Shown here: positions 1 through 14,900 of the stretch, piece by piece
Position numbering within the stretch: position 1 is the first letter of the stretch
Layout: each line of letters opens with the position of its first letter
DNA from: Lama glama
Taxonomy: Eukaryota
Assembly (NCBI GenBank): GCA_028534125.1
Contig: CM052817.1
Span: 34,660,001 to 34,724,000, forward strand
Length of the DNA: 64,000 nt
Reading direction: 5' to 3'
Notes under the pieces: model-generated
Told to the model about the DNA's origin: nothing
The model's input: the letters and a program-made list of their open reading frames with translations, nothing else
The model's database searches: none
Made by a program: the position numbers and the translations under genes

Positions 1-184
1 AAACAGTACATACAACATTTAAAAAAAAAAACAAGACAACTCATCTCAGTCTAATAAAGTAAGTGAAACATCTCCATGACAAAAATATATCTTTAGATAT
101 CCTTTCAATACAAGAGCATATCAACTGCCATCCTCTATTGTTACCTTTAGTAATGATGAAATAATGAGTTCTCTGATTTTTAAA

Positions 185-293
185 TTATTTTATTTTAAAG
201 TTTATTTTATTATTATTATTTTAATGGAGGTACTGGTGATTGAAACCAGGACCTCGTGCCTGCTAAGCATGTGCTCTACCCCCAGCCCTACCC
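185..293 (-). mobile_element. tRNA-derived SINE (Vic-1-like, camelid)
   Basis: Minus strand ggtagagcacatgcttagcaggcacgaggtcctggtttcaatcaccagtacctcc plus AT-rich tail; similar to copies at about 44.7 kb and 62.9 kb. Confidence 0.75.
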
Positions 294-2099
294 TACAGTA
301 ATTTTTGTTACAAACATTGTTATAGCCTAGGAAGCTTGCTACCACGGTAATTTGATGCCTAGCTGAGGTTGACCACATCTGACTTAGCATCAATTTAATT
401 GAGCCAGTTTATAGAACCCAAGAGGGAGGGAGGAAAGAGAAAAGAAAAAAACTGGACACATTTAGGGAAATCTTTAGCAATTCTGAACTGAAACAAGAGG
501 ATCCCAATTCTTATCATCATGGGTTTATTTCCACATGAGATAATCACATCCAAAGTTCTTATTTCAAACTTCCTTGAATTCTTTTACTCTAACAAACTTC
601 ATCCACCCTTTTCTCTGACATGCCATGTCCTGTTCCCCATTATCCAGAATTATTCCTCATCAGAAATTTAAAATCAATTGGAAATGTAACCCAAACCCGC
701 AATTTCTCCAGCTCTATCACTTAACTCTCATTACATTCATGCTCTGATTAGTCCCTTCTCTTCCAGTCTATCACTCACGCACAGCTTTATCAAATTCTTT
801 CAAAGCTAATCTTCTATCCTACACTCCTTCCATTTCCAATGGGATCTTCCTCCATTTGTTATTCAGCTTCCCTACTCTCCTGTTCTCTTAATCTTTTCTT
901 CTCCACTTTACATAAACATATCCAAGTTACTACATTTTTTAAAAAGTCCCTTCCCATTCTCTCCCCTTCTAATGACTACTCTCTCTCCTGGTCACAGCCC
1001 AGCAAAAAAGATAATAAAAACCTCTATGCTCTGTTTACTTCCCTTCTTGAAAAACTCTCCTTTTTTGACTTCTTTGATAACACTTTCTATTACATTTCTT
1101 TTTATTCCTTTGGCTTCCTTTTTCTGTTTCTATGCCTCCAATGTAGATATTCCTTATAATTATGTCCTGGACTCTCTTCTCATCCTAGACACATTCACTG
1201 GGCAATCTTATCCATTCTGATATCAACAGCTGATGAACTTAATCTCCCCTCTGCCCTCAACCAAAAAAAAAATCTGATCTTTATCCATATTTTCTTAAAA
1301 AAAAAACCTGAATTCAGTAGAAGTGTATCTCTCCTTTGTACTCACTTCCTCATCATTTATATGGAGCATATTTGAAATAATAGTGTATGAGGAAAAAAAG
1401 GCTAGTGTGTACTCTTAATTAGGGAAGATACTTTGATCAGACAAAATTAGTACTTTTTTCTCTTGTATTTTCAAAATATATATATATACACATAATGTTT
1501 AAATGGCCTCTTGCACTATACCATAAAAGCTTCTTATTCTGCTTTGTATCCTTAACTCCTAAAACCTGTCACACCCACAGTCGAAGGTGAAGCTCTTGAA
1601 GGTGAAGTAACTTAGTGACTCACACCAGGGCATACTGCCTATTCTAGGCAGGTGGTGATCCTCCTGGACTTTGTCTACCTTTTCCCTCTACACCTGTTTG
1701 TGCCAACTGCACATTTTATTAAAAATTAGCAAATAAATAAAAGTGCAACAGGAAAAATAATAGTTCTTATGAAAATCAAATGTATACTCTGGAAAAACTT
1801 GATAAAGGTGAACCACTGAGAAAAAAAATGTTTAGTTCATTGTAGATTAGACAGATATAAATGATCAGGGAAGAATACAGATTTCTGCACTCAAATTGCT
1901 TTGCACGTATGTTTGAGTTCTTGCTCCATTTTAAACACACCCTGATAATGGAAATCAATGATAATGTACTAGGTTCTTATCAGCACCTGGGGAAAGACTT
2001 TGTATTTTTTTTGTTGTTTAGACTTTCTTTACCAATTTCTAGCTTTTATACTTAATACATTTGCTTACCTTATTTCACACACACACACACAAACCCAAA

Positions 2100-4200
2100 A
2101 AACAAAACTCAGCACACTGGATATAGAGGGAACACACCTCAACACGGCAAAGACCTTATATGACAAGCCCACAGGTAATATCATACTCAACAGTAAGAAG
2201 CTGAAAGCCTTTCCTCAAAATCAGGAACAAGACAAGGATGTCTCTCGCCACTTTTATTCAACATAATATTGGAAGTTCTAGTGAAAGTAATTAGTCAAGA
2301 AAAAAATAAAAGGCATCCAAATTGGAAAGGAAGAAGTAAAACTGTCACTATTTGCAGATGATGTCATCTTATATATAGAAAACTCTAAAGATGCCATCAA
2401 AAAAACTGTTAGAACTAAGAAACAAATTCAGTAAAGTAGCAGGATGAAAAATCAATACACAAAAATCGGTTGTATTTCTATACATTAATAATGAACTATC
2501 AGAAAGAGAAATAAAGAAAACAATCCCATTTATAATTACATCAAAAAGAATAAAATATCTAGGAATAAATTTAACCAAGGAGGTGGAAAACATGTACTTT
2601 GAAAACTACAAGACATTAATGAAAGAAAGTGAAGAAGAACAAATAGATATTCTGTGCCCATGGATTGGAAATTAATATTGTTAAAATGCCCATAATACCC
2701 AAAACAATCTACAGATTCAATGCAATCACTATCAAAATACCAATGGCATTTTTCACAGAAATAGGACAAATTCATTTAAAGTTTGTGTGGAACCACAGAA
2801 GAACCAAATAGCCAAAGCAATCTTGAGAAAAAAGAACAATGCTGGAGACATCATGTGCCCTGATTTCAAACTATATTACAAAGCTTTAGTAATTGTAACA
2901 TTATGGTATCGGCATGAAACAGACACAAAAATCAATGGAACAGAATAAAGAGTCCAGAAATAAATACCCACGTATATATGCACAATAAATTTATGACAAA
3001 GAGCCAAGAATATGCAGTGGAGAAAGGACAGTTTCTTCAATAAACAGTGTTGGGGAAACTGGACAGCCACATGCAAAAGAATGAAACTTGACCGCTATCT
3101 TACATTATACACAAAAATTAACTCAAAATAGATTAAAGACTTGAATGTAAGACCTGAAACCTTAAAACTCCTAGAAGAAAACATAGATAATAAACTCTTT
3201 GACATAGGTCTCGGAGATGATTTTTTGGAATATGACACCAAAAGTGAAAGCAACAAAAGCAAAAATAAATAAGTGGGACTACATCACACTAAAAAGCTTC
3301 TGCACAGCAAAGGAAACTATCAACAAAATGAAATGGCAACCAATTGAATGGGAGTAAATATTTGCAAATCATACGGCTAATAAGGAACTAATATCTAAAA
3401 TATATAAAGAACTCATATAACTCAATACCAAAAAGCCAGACAATCGAATTTAAAAATGGGCAGAAGATCTGAATAGACTTTTTTCCAAAGAAGACATACA
3501 GATGGCCAACAGGTACATCAAAAGATGCTCAACATCATTAATCACCAGGGAAATAAAAGTCAAAACCACAATGAGCTATCACTTTACACTTGTTAGAACG
3601 GCTATCATCAAAAAGACAGGAAATAACAAGTGTTGGGGAGGATGTAGGAAAAAGAGAATGCATGTGCACTGTTGGTAGGAAGATAAATTGGTGCAGCCTC
3701 TATGGAAAACAGTATGGAAGTTCTTTTAAAAACTAAAGATAGAGCTACTATATGATCTAGAAATTCTACCTCTGGGTAGTTATCTGAAGGAAAAAAACCC
3801 TAACTTGAAAATATATATGCACCTCCACATTCACTGCAGCATTATATACAATAGCCAAGATATGAAAACAACCTAAGTATCCATCAATGGAGGAATAAAT
3901 AAAGAAATTGTGGTGTGTGTGTATATATATATAATGGAATATTATTCAGCCACTAAAAAGAATAAAATTTTTCCAATTTCTGACAACATGGATGGACCTC
4001 AAGGACAATATAATAAGTGAAATAAGTCTGACAGAGAAAGGCAAATACCACATGACCTCTCTTATATGTGGAATCTAGAAAGAGAAAAAAAATGCTCATA
4101 GATACAGAAAACAGACTGGTGACTGTCAAGAGTGAGGGGGATGGAGGGTAAGGGAAATGGGTAAAGGGAGGCCAAAGGTAAATATATATAATATATATAA
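2100..4200 (+). mobile_element. Decayed 5'-truncated L1 (ORF2 RT/C-terminal region to 3' UTR)
   Basis: L1 ORF2 motifs (YDKPTGNIILN, 'tttgcagatgatgtcatc' FADD-like) and a typical 3' region; multiple stops. Confidence 0.9.
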
Positions 4201-5805
4201 ATAAATGAATATATATATTTATTCAAATATATATATTCAAAGTGGGGAATCACAAAAATATCTTTTTTAACTTAAATATTTTATTTTCATCTGACATATA
4301 TAAACATACATTCATTTAGTAATCTTTGATATTGGCTCATGGGTTGCTCATTGGAGTTCTCTGTGGCTTTTTTCATCTAAACTACACCATCAGGCATTGT
4401 CTTCTGTATTTTCATAGTTTGGCACTCAAGTCAAACATCTCCCTTTCTTCTACAACATCTAATAAGTAATCACATCATATTGATTCTATCTCCTTATCTC
4501 CTCCGTATCTATCCTCTCCTCTATTTCTCTGCTGTCTTATTCCTTACCTATCTTATCTGAGCAGCATCAGATTGTCCTAAATGGTTTCTGTGTTCCAAGT
4601 TTTGGTTCCCCAAATTCATTCTAGACTCTGCTGAAAAAGTTAGCTCAGCATGAAAATCTCATCGTGGAGCAAATGCTTTTCCCTCAGGCATAAAATCCTT
4701 CAATGGCTCGTCACTGCCTTCAGGACAAAGTCTGGGCTCCTACGCATAACTTTAAAGGTTCTCCATGGTCCAGCACCTGCTGATCTCTCCTGCAACAATG
4801 TCTGCCTGCTAATACTATGTAGAGTCCTCCAAAGCAAGATGATGCCACTTATGTTTGTACCTCGGATTGAGCTGTATACTCCACCCAAAATACCCCATTC
4901 AGCCTGTCTGCGTCCTCCAACTCCATAAACTTGGGGAATCTTAATTTTTGAGGCCAACATCAAGAATTAAAGTTCAATTCTTCTATCCTCCAAGGGTAGA
5001 GCTTACTACACCCTCTTCAGTGTCTTTACTCTGTATAGAATTCAAACATAGACCTAAAAGATATTATTATTACATTTAATTGTCTCCCTCTACTGCACCA
5101 ACATTTCTTTAATGGCAGAGGCAGATATCTTAGATGTCTCTGCATCTCCAGCATCTAGAAAATCCCCAGAAATCCTCTTAATATTAAGTGATGTTATTTA
5201 ACAATTTATGGAACAAGAAACTAAGAAAAGCAAAGTAAATGCATTATGTGCTTAATTTACATTTCAGAACACACATATATCATTTCTTTTGATAATTATA
5301 ATCTGCTACAAATCTAGATACTGCTTTATTTTAGTGGATGGCATGCTAAAAGTAATATTAGAAAAATACGTACTGCCTAACTTAAGTCTGAAACGGTTCT
5401 ATAAATACACACACATACAATCATACAAATACAGCAAAATGTTCATTGTTGAATCTACCTGGCTGGTATTTAGAGTACTCACTTTATCATTCTTTCTACT
5501 TTTCTGTGGGTTTCAAATTTTTGTCAAGTTTTTTAAAAATTAACTACCAAGAGTACTTATTTTTCTAAGAAGTATGACAAGTTCTTTCAATTAGGCATGA
5601 AAATATATTAAAGTACTTAATTTAATCCCTGAAGCCAATGACTCTATAGATATATTAAATTTTCTTTTTCAAGTTGAAGTATAGTTAATTTACTTTATTT
5701 CTTTTTCTTGATTAGTCTTTTTATATGCTTATAAAACATTAAAGCCAAAAATATGTATCTTAAAACATTAGTATTGAGCATTTTGCAAAAAGCTATGATA
5801 ATTAC

Positions 5806-5949
5806 CTTGATCTGTATAGATGAATTATAACCCACACATCTTTTTCTGCATTTGTGACTTCATTCACATACTGATTTCCAGAAATTTCTCTTAATTCCCC
5901 AAATTTTTGTTTTTTCTTAAGAGCTTTCCATTCCTGTAACCGCTTTTCT
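5806..5949 (-). CDS. PDCL2: PDCL2 exon 4 ([47 protein letters not shown])
   Basis: Acceptor tttaattag|, donor |gtaatt; 144 nt. Confidence 0.95.
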
Positions 5950-8900
5950 CTAATTAAAAAAATGAAGTTAAATTACATAAGAAAATTGTTACATTCTTAA
6001 GGCCATTCCCATATGCAGTAACAATTTAGAGCAATGGATGTAATGCTAGTACGTATCAAACACTTTAAATGATGACAGAATAACTATTAATGGCCTTATC
6101 ATGCCAATTTCTCTTTTTTTATATGGGAATATGTATTATCATGGGTATTGCAAAGTATAAGAAGTTAGTTATTGACTATTTTTATTTAATACTAAGTCTT
6201 AATCATATCAATATAGTTTATTTAGACATTGGGCCAACAAATTCTCATATACAGGTTAGATACTTATTAAGGAAAAATATACATAATAATAATAACTAAC
6301 GTTTATTGAGTACTTACTATGTTGCCAGGAACTGTTTTAAATGCATTACATTAATTTAATCCTTGAAAAACTTTATGAAGTTAATACTATTATTTTCCCC
6401 ACTTATATGCTCTTAACTATCATGCTGAGTTTCAGTTCAAAGCCTTTGTGAATATGTATAGTTACTTATTATAAATTTATTGCAGGTAGAGAGATGGTAG
6501 AGAAGAATGATTACTCTAATATCAGACTAAACGGTTTAAATGCCATCTCCCACTATCAGTAGTGTGGACTTGGGCCACTTATTTAATCTCTCCAAGCTTC
6601 AGTTTCTCCCCAGTGTGAATAATACTAATACAGACTTTCATGGGATTGGTCAGGATTAAATGTAAACATGTAAATTTCCTAGCACACAGTGAGTGTTCAA
6701 TAAATGTTACCTAGTTATTCATCTATGGGGAATCTTAAAACTTTGTTAAACAACTCTTTCAAAATTTACATACTTTGATTTAGGTGTTGAATACTTGAAC
6801 TCATGAAGTAAATCCAAATGGTTTCTGACACATCTACAAGTATCTCAAAAAGTTACTGCTCTGTATCTCTAAGTTATCTGGGAGTACTTACTCCCCTTCT
6901 TTCTGTGTGTATTAACAATATTTTCCTGTTTTCTGTATTCTTGATCCTCTGGCACCTGGGACCTTGCTGATCCTGGAGAGGCTGCCCCTCCCAGGAGCAA
7001 GCTAATTCCCAAAGAGAGGTAACACTCACCAGAGAGCACATTCCTCAAATATAAACCAACCAATCCAGAGCCCAGTCCCTCAGCCACCTCCTCTATTGGG
7101 CTGAGCCCCTACCCCCTTGACCAAATCATCCCTGGGCCAGGTACCAGACAACCAGAGATAGACACTATAGTCCAGAGCCTGCCAAAATCATACAAACTTG
7201 CCAGTCCTAAACCTGCTTACCCTGCCTAGCTTGTCTTTCCCACAGAAACTACATAATGGCTCATGTCTATGTTATCCCCTCACTCCTCCTGCCTCTTAAC
7301 CAACTCTGGTGCTTCCCATTGTGGCCCTGCATTGTGGGGCATGCCCCTACTCTTGAGACCTGAGAATAATAATGGCAGTTATATCCTGATCTGTTGATTT
7401 CACCTGAATACATACAAAATCCTGAGTGTGTTTTAAAACACACTCAGGTGTGTTTTCAGCTCCTTTGAGTAAATACCACTGGGTCCTTATTTCCCATATT
7501 AGAAACATGTCCAGTAAAACCACTCACTTCATATAACAAGTAATCCAAGCAAAATTAAGCCTAGAGGAGAATGTCAAGAATAGTAACCCAAGTCTAGGGT
7601 CCTCTCATCGTTCTCAAACTGAAGTCCTTCAATTTTCCCTTTACTGGCCCAGATATTCAGAACTTACACATACTCCAGTCTTTGGGTAGCCCTATTTTGT
7701 TTGCATTGAGTATTTTGCATCACTATCATTAACTTCCTTCAGTTTGATCTCATTGGCTTAATATCTTTCAAATTTTTCAAAGTTTTTGTTCCAGTGATGG
7801 CACAATGCCCCACTTAATGGTGCAATCAAATACTTCTCTTCCTCCTCTCCTTCACCTTCTCTTCCTCATTTTCCTGTTATTTTCAGTGGAATTGGGCACG
7901 GAAAGACATACATACCTGGGTTAGTTTTGCCATCAGGAAGTGACAAAGTGTTCAATGGCCTGCATTTTTCACCTAACAATCATATCAGTAGGGATTCAGG
8001 TGCATAAACAGAAAGCCCTCTAGCTATTTTAAGCAGCAAGAAGCTTAATCTGAGGAAATAAGGGCTTTACAAACTCAGTGGAAAGATGAAGGAGGCAGCT
8101 CCAGACTTGGCTACTACGAATGACTCCCAGAATGACATTGCAAAACTGGTCTACCAAGGGAACAGCTTTCTCTGCTGCAATCCAGAAACTGGGGAATCTG
8201 AAACTAATGTTCCAATAGTGTCCTAATATCAAACTACTCTAGGGATCAGAAAACTGCTGGAACAACTATTGTCTCTAGAAACTGTCGACTGAAATAAATG
8301 CACATCCTGAAAGTTGAGAGTTATATTTTATTTGATGGGAGGACTCTAGCCGGGATGACAGCCTCTCAGATTGCCCTGAGGGACTGCTCTGAAGAGGTAG
8401 GGGAGGAGCTAGGATATATAGAAGCTTTTTAACAAAGACCAGGTAGTTGGAACAATAAAAGATTATTTGCTATCTAAAGAAAAAAAGGCATCTCAAGTTA
8501 AAGAATTTAGTGCTTTTCTACGTATGGGAGGTAACAAACATTTGGGCTCATTGAATTCATTCCTTTGACAAGCATCTAGCTATCTAGGGCCAGTATCTTG
8601 TTCTTTATTATTCTGAGCCCCCTCAGAGTGCACCATTGTGAGTGGCTGCAGAGGCTGGGCTGCAGGCTTGTCTTCGGAGGCTGGTGGTGGCGGAGGGGGG
8701 GGGGGCTGCAGTGGCTGGCTTCAGCATTCTTTGTTTACTGATATGGTTTGCAGTATTTTTTATTTACAGAACCTACCTCTTCAGCAAAGACTGGAGAAAA
8801 TATTTGCAAAAGACATATCTAGTAAAGAATCGTTATCTGAAATATACAAAAAACTCTAAAAAGTAAGAAGTCAACAATACGAAAACAATCTGATTTTTAA

Positions 8901-11900
8901 AAATGGGCTAAAGATCCTAACAGACACTTCATTGAAATAGATGACAAATGAGCATATAAAAGGATGTTCCACATCTACGGCATCAGGAAAACACAAATTA
9001 AAATAGAGACCACTACGCATCTATTAGAATGGTCAAAATCTGTAACACTGGTAATACCAAATGCTGGAGGGGACTGAAGAAACAGGAACTCTCATTCATT
9101 GCTAGTAGGAATGCAAAATGGTACAGCCACTTTGGAAGATAGTTTGGCAGTGTTTTGTTTTTTTTTTTTACAAAATGAAATATACTCTTACTGTATGATC
9201 CAGTGATCAAGTTCCTTGGTATTTACTCAAAGGAGCTGAAAACTTACATTCACCCAAAAATCTACACACAGATGTTTATAGCAGTTTTATTCATAATTGC
9301 CAAAACTTGGAAGCAACCAAGGTGTCCTTCACTAGGTGAATGAATAAATAAACAGTGGTACATCCAGATAATGGAATATTATTCAGTGCTTAAAAAAAAA
9401 GTGCAGTCAAGCCATGGAAAGACATGGAGAAATCTTAAAAGCATATTACTGAGTGAAATAAGCCAATCTGAGAAGGCTATATGATCCCAACTGTATGACA
9501 ATCTGGAAAGGCAAAACCACAAAGACAATAAATATATAAGGGATTGGCAGGGGAGAGGGATGAATAGGCAGCCCATGGAGGATTTTTAGGGCAGTGAAAA
9601 AACTCTGTATGGTACCATAATGATGAATATACGTCCAAACCCAAGAATGAACTATAATGCACATTATGGGCTTTGGGTGATTCTGATGTATCAATGCAGG
9701 TTCATAATTATAACAAATATATCACTCTGGTGGGGAATGTTGGTAATGGGGGAGACTATGCATGTGTGGGCACAAGAGGTAAATTAGAAATCTATACCTT
9801 CTAGTCAATTTTGCTTTGAACTTAAAACTGCTTTAAAAAAAAAAGTCTTAAAATTTTTTGTTGTTGTTGCTGTTTTTGTTTTGGATTTAAATGGGGAATT
9901 TGCTTTAAGTCAGCACTATCAAGATGACTACAGAATTTTCTCTTAAGGACAAGTAAAATTTTAAAAGGCTACAGGTCCCTTTTTCCTTAGATCCGAAGTG
10001 ACAACAGAGATATTGAAATAATGCCAGAATTTGATGGCAATTAGAATTGTACTTTTGATGTGGAATAGGCAAGTGAAAGAACTTCTGTGTATAATATCTC
10101 CCTTTAATCTCTGTGGCAGAGACCATTTGGGTTGTCATCAGCACAGCTTCTTCCAGGACTCACAGGAAGACTGCATTTGCCAGCTTCCCTTGCGGTTAGA
10201 TTAGGGCCATTAGACTGGATTCCGTCCAATGGAACATAAGTGAAAAAGGTATGTGCATTTCTATGACTTATCCCTGAAATGTCCCACCCCATCTTTCATA
10301 CTGTCTTCCTGGTCTGCAACCCTGGACGTAAAGGATTCTGAGCTGATGAAGCTCCAAATGAAAAGAGCCCAGATCCCTTGTCATCACCTGGAGGAGAGCT
10401 GCCCAGAAGAATTATAAGACATACATCACCTGTGAGTGAGGAACTTCCCTGTGTGAAACCACAGATCTTGTAGCTGTTTGTTACAGCAACTAGCATTAAT
10501 TATCTTAATAAATTCTGCTGACATAAATGATTCCATCAGTAGGTTGGTGATCTCTGTACAACACTTGCATTCTTTGAAAAACCCTAATAATTCACTACAT
10601 ATGATTATTTTAAAATACTGTTTATTTGTTAATATTTCTTTTAAAATGTTTGCATCTATGTTTCAAAAGTGAGATTGATCTAAAGCAGTATTTATCAAGT
10701 TGAGGCATGCGGACATCCTATATGAGAATCACTTGAGAATGGCAGGTTCCACAGATGTGCATATTCCTGAGACTCAACCTGAAGTTCAGTAATATTAACT
10801 CTTGGTGCTGGTCTCAGGAATATGCATTTTTAACTTTATATAATGGACGCTTATTAACATTTACAGTAGTAAAGAGATCCCAGATATATGCATCTTCCAT
10901 CAATAATTTCTATTCATGGTCAGTCTTCTTTCATGGCTAACCCCAATAACTCCCCTTTTCAAGGGTTCTTCTGAAACAAATATAGGACATCATGTCATTT
11001 CATCTGTAAATATGTCATAATACATCTCTAAAAGATGAGAATGTTTTAAAAAATTTAATTCATATGGCATAATCATACCTAAAACAATGGCAATTCTTTA
11101 ATATATTCAGATATTGTTCAAATAATCCTATTCTCCATTTAATAATGTTATTTAATTGTGGTAGAATACACATAAAATTTTAAAATTTACCATGTTAACC
11201 ATTTTTAAGAGTTAAGTTCTCCAGTTTTTAGGTTTATTTATTCAAGTGGGGATCTAAATTAGATTTATAGAGTAGTTATTATATCTCTAAAATCTCATTT
11301 AATACACAGATTCTTTTCTATCTCTTTTTCCCCTAGAAATTTCTTTGTTGAAGGAAATCAGATTGATTGCTTGTCCAAACTTTCCCATAGTCTGAATTTA
11401 GCTTATTCACTATCATGAAATCAATTCACACAAGAAATCTAAATTTTTCAGAACGATGCTAGGTGATTATTTTGACTAACCACCTTAAGAACCATGAGTC
11501 TATTTCCTATCTGTACTAGCCTTGTCTGATTATGATAATAGTATTATATTATCAATAATATAACAATGTTATATGTAGTAAATTACTAAGCTTGCCATCC
11601 CTCTAGAAACAGAAATATCTATGCCTTGAAAAGTAGAGAAAAATCAGCTACACAACAAATTTTAAGACACAGGCGCTCTTCTCAATTATATTTTTCTATC
11701 TCTTATTGAGTCAATTTCGGAAATTATTTTTTCATTAAAAATCATATTTTAAAAATGATGTATATGATAATATATTAAATTTTCTCCTGTGTCTGGCTTC
11801 TTTAATTCAGTATAACATTTTCGAATTTCACCAAAGTTATTGTATGTATCAGCAGTTTGATTACTTTCTCAGAGTAGTATTCCATTTCATGAACACATTC

Positions 11901-14900
11901 CGATTTGTTTATTCATTTACTTTACTTTAGTCATCTTATTGATGGACTTTCGGGTTGTTTCCAGTTTCTGGTTATTATGAATATTCTTGTACAAGTCTTT
12001 GTATTAATTTATACTTTCAATTATCTCAAATAAATATTCAGGAATATAACTGAATGTAACTGGGTTATATGTTAAATGTATATGTAACTTTAGAAGAAAC
12101 TGCCCAACTATTTTCCAAAGTGATCATATCAATTTCTCCACAATTTTTAGTTTTAAGCTGTAATATAATTCATATACAATAAAATTAAACTATTTAAAGT
12201 ATATTATTCAGTGATTTTTAAAATATTCATGAAGTTGTGTATCTATCACCACTAATTCCAGAATTTTTTTTATTGCCCCAAAAGAAACCCTATATCCATT
12301 TACAGTTACTCCCTCGTCCTCCCTCTCAGGCCCTGAAAATTAATAATCTGCTTTCTGTCTCACAAATTTTCCTATTCTGGATTTTTCATATATATAGAAT
12401 CATATAAGATGTGACCTTTTGTCACTGGCTTCTTCCACTTAGCATAATATTTACAGGGTTCAGTCCTGTTGTAGCATATGTCAATTCATCATTTCTTTAC
12501 ATGGCTGAATAATATTCCATTGTATGAATATACCACATTTTGTTTATCCACTCACCAGGTGATGGCCAGTAAGTTTCTTTGTACTTTGTGGCAACTGTGA
12601 GTACTGCTGGTACGAACATTCACGTACACATTTTGTGTCCTCAATTCTCTTGGGTATATATAACTAGGAGTGGAATTGCTGGATCATGGTAATTTTATGT
12701 TTAACATTGGAGGAAATTCTAGACTGTTCAAAGCAGTGTACCATTTTACATTCCCACCAGCAATGTATGACTGTTCCAAATTCTCCACCTGCTCACCAAC
12801 ACTTTTGTTATTTTCCTTTACTATAACCACCCTAGTGGGAGAGAAGTGGAATCACATTGTGGTTTTGATTTGCATTTCCCTAATGACTAATGATATTAAG
12901 CATCTTTTCATGTGTTTATTTTCTATTTGTATACCTTCTTTGGGAAAATGTCAAGCCCTTTGAATGTTTTTAAATTGGGTTATTTAGTTTTTTGGTTGTC
13001 GAATTTTAGAAGTTCTTTATACATATTTTATACATTCTTTATACATTCTGGTTAGTAATCCCTTATCATATATATAATTTGCAAAAATTTCTCCCATTCT
13101 GCAGGATGTGTTTTCACTCTCTTGATAGTGTCCTTTGATGCACAAATATTTTAAATTTTGATGAAGTCCAATTTATCTATTTTTTCCCTTTGTTGCCTGT
13201 GTTTTTGGTGTCATATCCAAGAAATCATTTCCACATCCAAGGTCGTGGACATTTCTCACTGTGTTTTGTTTGAAGAGTTTTATAGTCTTAGTTCCTACAT
13301 TTGGGTCTTTGATATATTTTGAGTTAACCTTTGTACATAATGTGAAGTAGGAGTCCAACTTCATTCTTCTGCATGTGGATATCCAGTTTTCCTAGACCAT
13401 TGGTTGAAAAGATTGTTCTTTCGCCACTGAATGGTCTTGACACCCTTGCTGAAAATCATCTGACTGTATATGAGATGGTTTCTTCCTGGTCTCTCTACTC
13501 TATTCCTTCAGTCTGTATATCTATCCTTATGTCATTATGACACTGTTATAGTGTTATAACAATTTTGATCTTTCTCAAATTGCTTGGTTTCCAGGATCTG
13601 GATGTGTTTCTTTTTACTCATTCTGCCAATTTCTGCCTTTAATTGGAGATTAATTGGAGTAATTTAAAATCCATTTACATTTAAAGTATGTAATGTAAGT
13701 GCCTGACATTAAGCTTTTGATTACTGAGGCATTTATTTCAAAAGACATCCATCCTCCTTGAAACCATATTGCCAACTGTATGACACAGCTACTAGCAAAA
13801 CAACCAGATAAAGAATTAGGCTTCCCCACCCATGAAAACGCTTTCTTTCAGAGAGCCCTTCATAACCTAGATAAATGACCACTTGAGTGACCCCTCTTCT
13901 CCCTTCCTGTGCCCTAATTCCAGCTCTTATGCTCCAAACTAGCCAATAAAGAGTGAACCCAAGAAACCTAGATATCCTATCAATGGACCTTAATAAAGGC
14001 ACATCCCCTGATCTTTACCCTCCTCCCTCTCTCTGAGACCTGGCTGAGTGGCTCTCGGGCACATTGTGTATTCTTCAGGACTTATGAGGAATAAATCTTG
14101 TTCCTCAAATTTCCCTGACAGTTTCTTGCTGAAGTGCATCCTAAAATCATAATAAGAGCCACAATAACCAGTCCAGCCACAGCTATGAGTCACACAGGCC
14201 CAGGTGAGCACCTCAGGCATTCCTAGCCGACAGCATCACTATCAATACACTAGAACTGAAACAACAAAGTAATTACTGAAAAAGAAGGACTGACTTCTGC
14301 CATTTAGTTATTTTCTGTATTTCTATGCCTTGTATGCTTTTTGTTCCTCAATTCTTTCATCATTGCTTCTTTTTGTATTTCCGTACTCTAGTTGATTTTT
14401 GTGATACACCATTTTGCTTTCCTTTTCTATATTCTTTTAGTTTTTTCTTAGTGAGGATTTATTAAAATTAGTATCTTACAATAACGCACTGTGAATAATA
14501 CCAACTTAGCTTAAACAGCATACAAACACTGCTCTTGTACATCTCCATCCTTCCCTCTTTATATTGTTATTGTTACAGACTACATTGTTATATATAGTGT
14601 GTCTACTAACATCAATTTATAATTACTGCTTTATGAATTTGCCCTTTAAATCATATGAAAAAAGGAAGTTAAGAACCAAAAGTACAGTAATATTGGCTTT
14701 TATATTTACCTATATTGTTACCTTTACCTATGTTATTTATTCTTTACATAATTTTGAGTTACTGTCTAGTATCTTGTAATTTCAGCCTAAAGGACTCCTT
14801 TAGCTAATTTTCAGTACAATTCTAGTAGTAACAAGTTCACTTAGATTTTACCTAGGAATGTCTTAATTTCTCCTTCATTCTTGTAGCATAGTTTTTTCAG

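Noticed and set aside
1..5805. PDCL2 exons 5-6
   Set aside because: I found no sequence encoding the expected continuation of the thioredoxin-like domain; these exons presumably lie beyond position 1
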